Assembly (NCBI GenBank): GCA_018985225.1 | Contig: JADGIF010000061.1 | Coordinates: 1-25,098 of the forward strand | From: Amoeboradix gromovi X-113 | Lineage: Eukaryota; Fungi; Sanchytriomycota | Reading direction: 5' to 3' | DNA: 25,098 nucleotides | Part shown: positions 10,507 through 21,489 of the stretch, piece after piece | How the letters are laid out: each line of letters opens with the position of its first letter | How positions within the stretch are numbered: the stretch's first letter is position 1 | Program-made: the position numbers and the translations under genes | Notes under the pieces: model-generated | Database searches by the model: none | What the model was told of the DNA's origin: nothing | What the model saw: the letters and a program-made list of their open reading frames with translations, nothing else

Positions 10507-13500
10507 TCATTCACCCTTGTTGCTTTGAAAGATTCGTGGTGTAATGTTCATACTCATCAGTTCTTGAAATAACAGTTTAGTAGCATATGGCATATCCAGC
10601 ACACTTACTTGAGTTTTGTTCTTGCATCCTTTACATTCAAATGTGTTTTTCTTTAGGTTAGCTATAGCGAATAACCCACACAAATCGCAAACATGGACTC
10701 TATAAGCATCGCTATTCTCAAACAATCTGTCTCTCATAAACAATGCAGCGCCATGACTTATCATACAGTCTCTCTCCATTTCTCCGAATCGCAATCCTCC
10801 GTCCCTACTTCTACCCTCAACAGGTTGTCTTGTCAAAATTTGCAATGGGCCCCTAGCACGACTATGTATTTTGTCATCTACCATGTGCTTTAACCTCTGA
10901 TAATAAGTAGGACCTATAAATACTTGAGCATTAATTTTTTTAGATGTATGCCCGTGATAGAGTACCTCTAAACCTCTGCTGTTATAGCCCTCTTTACGCA
11001 GCACATTGCTAATACTATCTACTGTAGTATCTGTGAATGGAGTAGCGTCGCCCTCTGTACCTTTAATAGCACTTGTCTTTGAAAGCAAACATTCTACCAT
11101 GTGACCAATAGTCATTCTACTAGGAATAGCATGAGGATTAATAATTAAATCAGGAATAATGCCATCGCTGGTAAACGGCATATCTTCATCCCTGTAGGTC
11201 ATACCAACAGTTCCCTTTTGACCATGACGACTAGCAAACTTGTCTCCCATCTGTGGTATTCTACAACTTCTGACTCGCACCTTGACAAACCTATACCCTT
11301 CAAAGTTCGTAGTCAGTACTACTTGGTCAACAATGCCATTTTCAGTAGATTTCAGACAAGTACTAACATCTCTCTTAATTTGAGCGCCCTGTACTTCGTT
11401 CTCTACAAGAGGAGTAGTTTTACCAATAATAACATCATCACCAACAACTCGCGTACCTGGGGCAATCATTCCATCATCTTCCAGGTTGATAGCGCTCTTT
11501 TTAACTTTAATAGTTGTGGACTGGTCTGGTTTCTCAAACTGCTCAACTAATGCTGATCCAACTAATTTCTCTTGATCACTGTAACATCTGTAGTACATTG
11601 ACCTAAACAGTCCTCTGTCTATGCTGCTTTGGTTCATGATCAACGAATCCTCCTGGTTGTAGCCACTGTAGCACAATATAGCAACAATAGCATTCTGACC
11701 AGCGGGCAATTCCCTAAATCTTAGAAACTCCATACTTCGAGTACAAGCTAAAGGTTTCTGTGGGTAGTATAATATGTTAGCCATTGTGTCCATTCTTGAC
11801 TGAAAATTTGTAGCAAACAATCCCATTGCCTGTTTTCCCATAGCAGACTGATATACATTCCTAGGTGACTGGTTGTGGTCAGGGAATGGAATGATAGAAG
11901 CACAGACGCCTAATATCATTGAAGGGTGAATCTCACAGTGAGTGTACTGAGTGGCACGATCTACAGCAGTTCTACTTTGCAGGGTGGCAGTTGGATCAAT
12001 CTTTTCTGGAACGTGTCTCTTACCAGCGTACACGTCTAGTAGTTCAGCAGGAGTCATACATATTAATGTAGCTTCTTCTTCTTCTGTATCGATATACTCT
12101 ATGATGCCATTTGAAACTAACCATGAAAAAGAAATTGGGTCCTCATTAGCATCATTTGAACCATTCAAACTACGCATTAGCTTGCTCAAATGATCCTCAG
12201 TCATCTCTAACTGATTGCCAGCTGGATTAACAATGAAGAGTGGTCTTAGCAATCTGCCACTATCTGTGCAAATACGGATTTCTTGATCCCTGAAGTCATA
12301 CACAATGCTCACCTGATGGCTAAACTCATTAAATCTTCTCATTTCTCTTAAATTTCTAACTAGCTCATATGGTGCTCGATGTAATCCCACTAAAGCACCA
12401 TTTAAGATAACTTTAGTCTTATTCTTAAACGCGTCAGCACTAATTTCCTCCAAATTTTCAACCGTGAACTCTTCTAAAAACTCAGCAACAATATTTGAGT
12501 CGCTTCCTACACTAACAGTAGCCATTAGAGCTAAATTCTTAACTAGTCCACAAGCTTGCCCTTCCGGTGTTTCTGCAGGGCATAAATATCCCCAATGACT
12601 GTTGTGCAGTTGTCTAGGTTTAGCAAGTTTACCTTCACGGCCAATTGGGGTGTTCAAACGTCTTAAATGTGATAGAGTACTAACATACGTGTATCTGTTT
12701 AGAACTTGACTCACACCACTTCTAGCCGACATAAACTTTTGCTGATCGCCCCAATTACCTGTGGCCAATGAGTATCTTAAGCCGTCAGTAATAGTTCTAG
12801 TTCTAATTGCCAATGTTAAGTTAAAATCGCGATTGTTATCAATACACCTTTGAAGATACTTTATAACTTCTTTTCTCATTTTAATAAAGCATATACGGAA
12901 TAACGATGTCATTAAGGGTCCAGCTAGATCTAACCTCTTTTTACCATAATGATCTCTGTCATCCAATTCCCTTCTTTCTAGACAGCATAGCAGCATTCTG
13001 TGTGTCATATACCCTAGAAACCAGCCTTTACGAGCATGTTCAACACTTGTAGTACCTATATGTGGTAAAACCTGGTTACTTAACAAATCCTGCGTATATC
13101 TTAACCTTTTCTGTTTATCTATACCCACAACAGTACCTCTTTTAGCTATGAAATCCATTGCCAAGTGCTGATCCTGAATGCTAAATGATTCCTCAATGGA
13201 CGACTTAATCATCTCCAACATTTGTTCATCCTCCATATCGTAGCATATGCGCTCTAATATATCCTTATCGCTCACAACACCCAGTGCTCTAAACACAACC
13301 ATAATAGGGATATCTTGGCGAATATATGGAAGTGTACAACGTATGTTCTTATCATTTAGAGATCTTTTCATTTTTAGCATTAACAAAGCAGGAGATCGAA
13401 ATGACTTCTGCGGAATAGATCTGATTTCACTCATGTAGGCAATGGGAGAGGGTGCAGCTTTGTCGAAAACATAGATCTGGTTTGCTGCCATCCTTTCTTG

Positions 13501-14088
13501 AGCAATGATAACCTTTTCACTTCCATTAATTATAAAGTATCCACCTTGATCGTGAGGACACTCATGAATACTAAACAGATCTTGCTCACTAATATCTGAC
13601 AGAATACAACATGAAGATCTAATCATAATTGGAACTTTACCCAAAAAGACCTTCGACTTACCAAGGACCTTGTCCGGTACTTGTGATTCTGCTTGATTTA
13701 ACTCATCCATTGTAGCGGATTCTGGATCTCTAGTGAATTCCTTGGTACTCTTTTCCATCTCGACAAACAAAGGAGCCGCATAAGTTAAGTTACGCATTCT
13801 AGCCTCAACTGGTAATAAGGGTTGATTGCTACCATCTGCTTCTGTATTTGTGGGTTTGCTAACATATATTTGCGACATGTTGATAGCATACTGCTTAACA
13901 AGTTCTAGTTTGCTGTTCAAATCAGGTTTTGCAGTTTCCACACGAATAGGCCCTTGGTCTCTGACGACCTGCTGAATTTGAATTTTAATAAAATCGTCAA
14001 ATGATTCTAATTGTTGCTTCACTAGACCTCTTTCTTTGAAAAAAGCGCGGATAACAGTCCATTCCAACGATGTGGTATCTGATGACAT
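10507..14088 (-). CDS. RPB2: RNA polymerase II second-largest subunit
   Basis: [46 protein letters not shown] and a C-terminal Zn finger. Confidence 0.99.
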   Translation of the reverse strand: MSSDTTSLEWTVIRAFFKERGLVKQQLESFDDFIKIQIQQVVRDQGPIRVETAKPDLNSKLELVKQYAINMSQIYVSKPTNTEADGSNQPLLPVEARMRNLTYAAPLFVEMEKSTKEFTRDPESATMDELNQAESQVPDKVLGKSKVFLGKVPIMIRSSCCILSDISEQDLFSIHECPHDQGGYFIINGSEKVIIAQERMAANQIYVFDKAAPSPIAYMSEIRSIPQKSFRSPALLMLKMKRSLNDKNIRCTLPYIRQDIPIMVVFRALGVVSDKDILERICYDMEDEQMLEMIKSSIEESFSIQDQHLAMDFIAKRGTVVGIDKQKRLRYTQDLLSNQVLPHIGTTSVEHARKGWFLGYMTHRMLLCCLERRELDDRDHYGKKRLDLAGPLMTSLFRICFIKMRKEVIKYLQRCIDNNRDFNLTLAIRTRTITDGLRYSLATGNWGDQQKFMSARSGVSQVLNRYTYVSTLSHLRRLNTPIGREGKLAKPRQLHNSHWGYLCPAETPEGQACGLVKNLALMATVSVGSDSNIVAEFLEEFTVENLEEISADAFKNKTKVILNGALVGLHRAPYELVRNLREMRRFNEFSHQVSIVYDFRDQEIRICTDSGRLLRPLFIVNPAGNQLEMTEDHLSKLMRSLNGSNDANEDPISFSWLVSNGIIEYIDTEEEEATLICMTPAELLDVYAGKRHVPEKIDPTATLQSRTAVDRATQYTHCEIHPSMILGVCASIIPFPDHNQSPRNVYQSAMGKQAMGLFATNFQSRMDTMANILYYPQKPLACTRSMEFLRFRELPAGQNAIVAILCYSGYNQEDSLIMNQSSIDRGLFRSMYYRCYSDQEKLVGSALVEQFEKPDQSTTIKVKKSAINLEDDGMIAPGTRVVGDDVIIGKTTPLVENEVQGAQIKRDVSTCLKSTENGIVDQVVLTTNFEGYRFVKVRVRSCRIPQMGDKFASRHGQKGTVGMTYRDEDMPFTSDGIIPDLIINPHAIPSRMTIGHMVECLLSKTSAIKGTEGDATPFTDTTVDSISNVLRKEGYNSRGLEVLYHGHTSKKINAQVFIGPTYYQRLKHMVDDKIHSRARGPLQILTRQPVEGRSRDGGLRFGEMERDCMISHGAALFMRDRLFENSDAYRVHVCDLCGLFAIANLKKNTFECKGCKNKTQVSVLDMPYATKLLFQELMSMNITPRIFQSNKGE

Positions 14089-14289
14089 TGATTAAGGGGG
14101 TTTGAGAGCACTCGTAGAGTTTTTGAGTTTGCAACATTTATTCTGACTAGGTGAATTGGCTCTACGGTGCATGCTGTAAAGCAGTATTCTAAGTTGCATC
14201 GAAATTTCGCAAAAATCAAGTTGGAAACATCCAAAATAAAACTAGACTGAATCGAAAAACTCATTATCTCGCAACCTGTAGTAAATGCA

Positions 14290-14640
14290 TATAAATATCT
14301 AGCCAGATGCACTTTTAGCAAGTGATACATTAATTTGCAAAAGGTTTCAAGATTGAAAGTAGAATATATATTTAATTCTATGCAAATAAATTCGAAGCTG
14401 ACATTGATGTGTGAAGTAAACCCACCTCTGTTAACGATAATTTACACAGTTTGTCTAGCTAAACAGTTCAAACATTGGCAGCATTTTCAATGAGTACTTT
14501 GATTGTAATATAAATACTTCCAAGTGTAAGTCAGCGTATCCGCTGTGATTTTGTGGACAGAAATGCGAATTCTTGCTGCAATACTTTAAAGATATCCAAC
14601 ATCTGTTAAGAAACTGTAGAGCAACGGCCTGGTAACGAAT
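14290..14640 (+). pseudogene. Heavily decayed Fanzor1-like C-terminal region
   Basis: Motifs in the expected order across frames: YINLQK (14326), NEYF...NTSKC, CDFVDRNANSCCNTLKI (Asp at 14556) and an in-frame RP (14625). Confidence 0.45.
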
Positions 14641-14649
14641 ATACGATTT

Positions 14650-15016
14650 TACTGGTCCAAGAATGAAATGTGATTCTTTGAAGAGTAAGACAAAGATTAC
14701 AGCGTAAGTATTGCTGGAAGCTCAAGTGCAAAGAAGTAGGAGGAACATTGGTGGAATTTAATGAAGCATTTACTACTCATACATGTACAAAATGTGGTAC
14801 TCTGAAGAAAAATAATTTGAAGAGAAGTACACGCACCAACTGCCATTTGGAAGTAGATAGAAACCATATAGTAGGGGAAAGCACATACTTACATGAACTC
14901 TTGGTCTATATCACCTCAGGGTAGTGGAAGCGTGAGCAATCACCGTAGATATACTGGAATATCCACCCTCCTTAGAAATTCTTGATTCCCAGATATCGAG
15001 ACTTTTAATGAGTGGC
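14650..15016 (+). mobile_element. Fanzor2/TnpB relic C: C-terminus plus 3' scaffold and end
   Basis: 14715-14924 reads WKLKCKEVGGTLVEFNEAFTTHTCTKCGTLKKNNLKRSTRTNCHLEVDRNH..., a clear paralog of 21090-21392 with RuvC-III D>N and one Zn Cys lost. Confidence 0.85.
14914..15016 (+). ncRNA. Candidate Fanzor omega-RNA scaffold, copy C
   Basis: CCTCAGGGTAGTGGAAGCGTGAGCAATCACCGTA is nearly identical to copy D. Stems GTAGATAT/ATATCCAC and TCTTGAT/ATCGAGA; end GACTTTTAATGAGTGG. Confidence 0.65.
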
Positions 15017-15109
15017 TATTTAGAGTGCGATCAGATTTTTACTCAGAGCTCTCTTCCTCTTTTCTGCGACCACTCTAAATGTTGAGCAATTAAAATAAAG
15101 TGATATTTA

Positions 15110-15941
15110 TTATCTTTTAACAAAAGGAAACTTCTTTCTTGCTTTTAATTGACCTGGTTTCTTTCTTTCTACTATTCTTGGATCTCTATCTAACAACTCA
15201 TCTAGATTAGCATATAGTACATTCTTGAAAGTAAGGAACTAGAAAAGAGTGCCATTTTGCCAGAGCACGAGCTATTCCCATTCTGATGGACGAAGCCTGT
15301 CCAGACACTCCCCCACCTGAGGTGGTCGCAAATATTTTAAATGACCCATATACATCAGTATCTAGCCCTCTATTGACCGAATCCCAGTGCAAGTGAGCAA
15401 TTTCAAACGGGATCAATATTGATTGTCTGTCTGAAGGATTCACAAAATAATCGTGAAGAGGTCTATTATTGATTAAAGCTGAATACTCAGAGATGATCTT
15501 AGGGTTATGTACAAGCCAAACATTTGCAATGGCGGTTTTACGAGAACCATATCCACTTATTCTACCATACTTGTCAATTGGTAGATCTACACCGTCATCT
15601 GCGACATACTGATTATCTTGAACTGATGAAGTAAATGGCTCAACAAACGACTTGTAAATCAAATGCAAATCATTTTCACTTTTGATATTAGAATTCAAAA
15701 AAATTAGATGGTCGAGAAGCGAAACCCTGTCTCTTATCTTGCCTTCAGTTTTCCATAGATTTTGTTTTGTTTGCCATGGCTGTACAATTGGATCGCCAAG
15801 TTCTTTTATATAAAACATTTTAAGTACTGATTCAATTGGCACATTCTCTTCAACAAAGTCGTTAGGCAAAAGCTTATCTATTTGTGAATCTAACTCAAAT
15901 ATTGTTGGTAAAACTGCATGTCTTCTAGTTAACTTAATCAT
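15110..15941 (-). CDS. MRPS9: Mitochondrial ribosomal protein uS9m; exons 15941-15221 and 15201-15110
   Basis: [10 protein letters not shown] and [19 protein letters not shown]. Splicing restores the canonical end [25 protein letters not shown]. Confidence 0.92.
15202..15220 (-). other. Predicted 19-nt spliceosomal intron GTACTATATGCTAATCTAG
   Basis: Needed to join the conserved S9 C-terminus in frame. GT-AG with a CTAAT branch motif. Confidence 0.9.
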
Positions 15942-15978
15942 AGTTTTTTGTATCTCCAGGTTTTAAACTGCTGGAAAA

Positions 15979-16965
15979 ATGACAGTGGGAAATACAATTA
16001 TTGAAATTACTTCGTTAAATGACATGGAGATCGCTTTCACATTAAAGCAGTCATACTTAAGTATTGCTAATGCACTTCGAAGAACTATCGTATCTGAAGT
16101 CCCAACAATTGCTATTGATCTAGTCAACTTCGAGACCAATACTAGTGTTTTGCCTGATGAATATATTGCACATAGGATGGGATTGATCCCACTAGTCAGT
16201 GACCAATACGTGAATACTCTCAAGTACTCTAGAGATTGTACCTGTGATGATCATTGCGAAAAATGTGCTGTTTTGTATAGAATTGATAAAACGAACACTG
16301 AAAAAGGCACAGATAAGCGAGTCGATAGTGACAGTCTTTGCGTTCAAACACAATATAGTGATGTTCATCCATTTCTCATGGCCGATCTTAAAATACCTGA
16401 CTCATTTGGGAACATCAATACTTATAAAGATGAAGGGGTTCTAATTACGAGGCTGGCCAAAGGACAAACTCTTGCTGTTGAATGTGTTGCAAAAAAAGGT
16501 ATCGGGAAGGAGCATGCAAAATGGTCACCGGTAGCTGGGTTTTCATTCGAGTATGATCCCCACAATAAGCTTCGCCACACTCGTTACTGGTTAGAACAAG
16601 AAATAAGTGGATTTCCAACTTATGGTGCTGCTAAGTGTGTTGGTACACCTATTGAGTCTGCAGTGAACAGTGAAGATGTGGTTGAAAAAGAATGGCCTCG
16701 ATCTAAAAATGCTTTAAAAGAAGATCCCCCTTCCAATCTCAATGAGCCATTATTGGATAAGGTTCCCACAGTATTTTACTTTGAGTTAGAATCAAATGGC
16801 TCACTGAAAGCTGATTTTATTGTTGAGCAAGCTATCGATGTCTTACTACATAAATTTGCGTTGTTATACACCGAACTAAAGAGCGAAACAGACGAAGTTG
16901 ACCAAGAACATGATAATATGCTTGAGGATGTTCAATTACCTATAAATGCGGGCTGGGGTGCATAA
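15979..16965 (+). CDS. RPB3: RNA polymerase II subunit 3
   Basis: ANALRRTIVSEVPTIAID, DEYIAHRMGLIPL, CTCDDHCEKC and KGIGKEHAKWSP. Confidence 0.97.
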   Translation: MTVGNTIIEITSLNDMEIAFTLKQSYLSIANALRRTIVSEVPTIAIDLVNFETNTSVLPDEYIAHRMGLIPLVSDQYVNTLKYSRDCTCDDHCEKCAVLYRIDKTNTEKGTDKRVDSDSLCVQTQYSDVHPFLMADLKIPDSFGNINTYKDEGVLITRLAKGQTLAVECVAKKGIGKEHAKWSPVAGFSFEYDPHNKLRHTRYWLEQEISGFPTYGAAKCVGTPIESAVNSEDVVEKEWPRSKNALKEDPPSNLNEPLLDKVPTVFYFELESNGSLKADFIVEQAIDVLLHKFALLYTELKSETDEVDQEHDNMLEDVQLPINAGWGA

Positions 16966-16993
16966 TAAATAAATAAAAGTATTTTATTAAATG

Positions 16994-18928
<1,935 letters not shown>

Positions 18929-18980
18929 TTAACGGGGTTTTTCCAGATATTTCAATTAATAGCGAAAACGAGATAATTTA

Positions 18981-19856
18981 CTAAGAATAGTACGCATCCA
19001 TCCAGCAATCGATTATGTTGTATATACTAGATAAGCACATGAGTTGGTTGGTAGGATCTATCGGTAAGTTACATTCCAAGCATATATCCGCATTTTCAGG
19101 AGGCAATGTGATTTTTAATGACGATTTTTCAACAGACAGTTTTGAATCCATCTCAAAAGCCAACTGCTTCGATGGTGTCTGAACTTCAATGTTCTTTGAT
19201 TTTTTTGGAGTGGAAAAGCAACTGGAGCACCGTTCTCCAGCCGTAGGAGCGATTTTGTTGGCATTTCCGATATCGCGATCAATTTCAGCTTTATGGTATT
19301 TTAAAGGTGATTCGCATAACGTCTCTTCGATTGTTTCATCGAATACGTTTATTTCTTCTCCAAAATCTTTTAGAGTTGTGGAATTCATGCCCTCGAATTT
19401 TCTGCGCTTTTCTGACAATAAGCTGTCTTCGTCAAAAAAAAGATTATCCACTCTCCTTTTATTTCCAACAGAATTCTTCCAGCTCTGCTGATACATGGGT
19501 ATAAACTTAGTGTACCACTCTTTGGATTTATAATTTGATCCTTCTAAGTAGTGTTGATGAATAATTTCCAGATATAGTACTTCTTTTTCTTTACTGGTAT
19601 CAATTTCTGGAGAGAATTTTGGACACTTACCAATGTTTTCCTTTTGTTCAGAAACAAGTCTTGTAACTTTAAAAGGATACCAGTTAGCAGAATATTTGAC
19701 AAAGGATTCTATTTTATCAGTATAATACACGTGCCTATATGACACACTGGACTTGCAGCCCTTCTTGGCTTCAGAATACTCAATATGAAAAATTGGTTGC
19801 ATATTATGAAACAATGTTAACCCTTGGAACCTATATACAAAGCGCGTATCCTTCAA
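18981..19856 (-). CDS. Hypothetical protein with a Cys-rich C-terminus; both ends uncertain (may have unrecognised introns)
   Basis: 291-codon ORF with a TTG start in the track. It ends CLECNLPIDPTNQLMC, resembling half of a PHD/RING finger. Confidence 0.6.
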   Translation of the reverse strand: MKDTRFVYRFQGLTLFHNMQPIFHIEYSEAKKGCKSSVSYRHVYYTDKIESFVKYSANWYPFKVTRLVSEQKENIGKCPKFSPEIDTSKEKEVLYLEIIHQHYLEGSNYKSKEWYTKFIPMYQQSWKNSVGNKRRVDNLFFDEDSLLSEKRRKFEGMNSTTLKDFGEEINVFDETIEETLCESPLKYHKAEIDRDIGNANKIAPTAGERCSSCFSTPKKSKNIEVQTPSKQLAFEMDSKLSVEKSSLKITLPPENADICLECNLPIDPTNQLMCLSSIYNIIDCWMDAYYS

Positions 19857-19909
19857 AATCTATCAATTGCTAAACAAAAGCGTTGCATCAGTTTTTCTAC
19901 TTACTGTCA

Positions 19910-20296
19910 ATGAAACGTGGAGGAAATTTGCTCATTCCTTATGCAGCAGTATCAAAATCACAGCAAGAACAGATAGAGGCAGTAAATGAGTGGCCTGAAT
20001 ATACACCAGAAGATCCTGAGGCATTAAATGATGAAATATCTCAGTGGGCCATTAAATTTTGTAAGAGAATGAGAGATATTCATGATTTGCACGAAGATAC
20101 TGTTGATGACTACATGCCTAGTGAGTTAACAAAAAAATCGACAATAATGAAGAATGGTCAAGTGACTAACTCTTCCAGTGATGATGAAGATGCAGAAGGT
20201 CCTCCGTCTGAGAATAATGTACCTACAGAAGAGGAAGACAATGATTACATAGCCGATTACTTTGATGAGGAGGCAGATGCTTTCGGAAATGAATAA
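19910..20296 (+). CDS. RPC31: RNA polymerase III subunit RPC31/RPC7-like
   Basis: WPEYTP, YMPSEL and an acidic tail with EEDNDYIADYFD. First ATG is at 19910. Confidence 0.6.
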   Translation: MKRGGNLLIPYAAVSKSQQEQIEAVNEWPEYTPEDPEALNDEISQWAIKFCKRMRDIHDLHEDTVDDYMPSELTKKSTIMKNGQVTNSSSDDEDAEGPPSENNVPTEEEDNDYIADYFDEEADAFGNE

Positions 20297-20393
20297 AGTT
20301 TATTAATTATGAAATCGCTTTCTTTTTACATTTGGGACGTCAAAGTCTTGATTTAAGAGAAAATTAAGGATTCTAGTGAAATTGATAAAGCCA

Positions 20394-20500
20394 GTCGCCC
20401 CATTAAACCTATAGCTCATGCTTCCGCTACCCATAGGTAAGATTGAATAGGGATTGAGGATTCATGAAAGTATTTGAGACCCATTCTGACAAAATATCCT
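20394..20500 (-). mobile_element. Fanzor2 relic E: internally deleted 3' scaffold and end
   Basis: Minus strand CTATTCAATCTTACCTATGGGTAGCGGAAGCATGAGCTAT matches D (TTATTCAATCCCGCCTCAGGGTAGTGAAAGCGTGAGCGAT), then jumps to TTTAATGGGGCG. Confidence 0.7.
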
Positions 20501-20699
20501 CATTTTCAAGTAGGAGTAACACCTAGAAACCATACTAGATTACCCGTTATCATTAATTCATCATGACAACACAACCAAGAAACGAAAACCCCCGATAATG
20601 CTCAAATACTAGAGAGAAAATTAAAAACATTAAGACAGAACATGAAAATGGTTATAGTTTGGGACATTGCAACATGTATTCAAGTGCTAATCAGCCAAG

Positions 20700-20960
20700 C
20701 CATTTTAGAAAAGATATTTCCAGTGCATCTTTCATATTGAGAGAAGACTTGATGTGTTTTATTGCATACTATCAGTGTCTTTCCTCTTTCTTAAGAACTG
20801 AAATTTATTTTTTGACCAGTTTGAGTATTTTTTGCAGCTTGACTATTTTCTTGAATAAATCATTTATCGCGAATTCGTATATATTTTTGTATCATTTCAA
20901 CACTTTTCCAGATTTTTCTAATAGCTTAAATACTAGATATTCTTCCTATTCGCAAGTGGT
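20700..20960 (-). pseudogene. Decayed Fanzor2-like N-terminal segment
   Basis: Minus-strand frames read KNIYEFAINDLFKK and NKFQFLRKRKDTDSMQ, resembling the AINDL...F.L.FR.KK region of IS607-type TnpB/Fanzor2 (from recall). Confidence 0.45.
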
Positions 20961-21009
20961 AAATGGAATCTAAAGAAATAACTAAAGGTACAGCATCATC
21001 TCAGACTGA

Positions 21010-21399
21010 TAAGCTGGTCCAAAGATGGAAGAATTAGATGTCTTTCAATGCCTAGACAGTGATATCTGTACAATTTATTCAAGGAACGCTTGAAGTTCAA
21101 GTGTAAACAAAGAGGAAGGACTATACTCGAACGTAATGAATCATTTACTAGTCAGACATGTACAAGGTGTGGTACTCTAAAGAAAACCAATTTAGAAACA
21201 TGCACATGTACAAGTTGTCATTTGGAGATAAAAAGAGACCATATGGCAGCAAGGAACATATACATCAAGTATCTGCATCCTTATTCAATCCCGCCTCAGG
21301 GTAGTGAAAGCGTGAGCGATCACCGTAACGGAGAAACTAGCATTAGTTTCTCTGTGGAAATTCTTGATTTTCTCGGAAATCTGGACTTTTAACGAAGAG
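21010..21399 (+). mobile_element. Fanzor2/TnpB relic D, the best preserved: RuvC-II, Zn ribbon, RuvC-III and right end
   Basis: LFKERLKFKCKQRG...NESFTSQTCTRCG...CTSCHLEIKRDHMAARNIYIK. No RuvC-I; stops lie upstream. Confidence 0.9.
21294..21399 (+). ncRNA. Candidate Fanzor omega-RNA scaffold, copy D, overlapping the ORF 3' end
   Basis: GTGA/TCAC stem with GC-GTGA-GC tetraloop, 12-bp stem ACGGAGAAACTA/TAGTTTCTCTGT, GATTTT/GAAATC stem and end GGACTTTTAACGAAGAG. Confidence 0.7.
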
Positions 21400-21489
21400 T
21401 TATAAAATCTTAAAAGAAAGTATATTTTGGCGATATATTTCATGTGATCGCCATATATGGCTTATTAAATTACGATCGAGATCTAAAAC

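Noticed and set aside
19011-19028. Possible 18-nt intron GTATATACAACATAATCG in the 18981-19856 ORF
   Set aside because: No AG acceptor or CTAAT motif, and the frame is open without it.
20659-20973. 104-aa plus-strand ORF
   Set aside because: F/S/L-rich antisense shadow of the minus-strand Fanzor-like remnant, with a TTG start.
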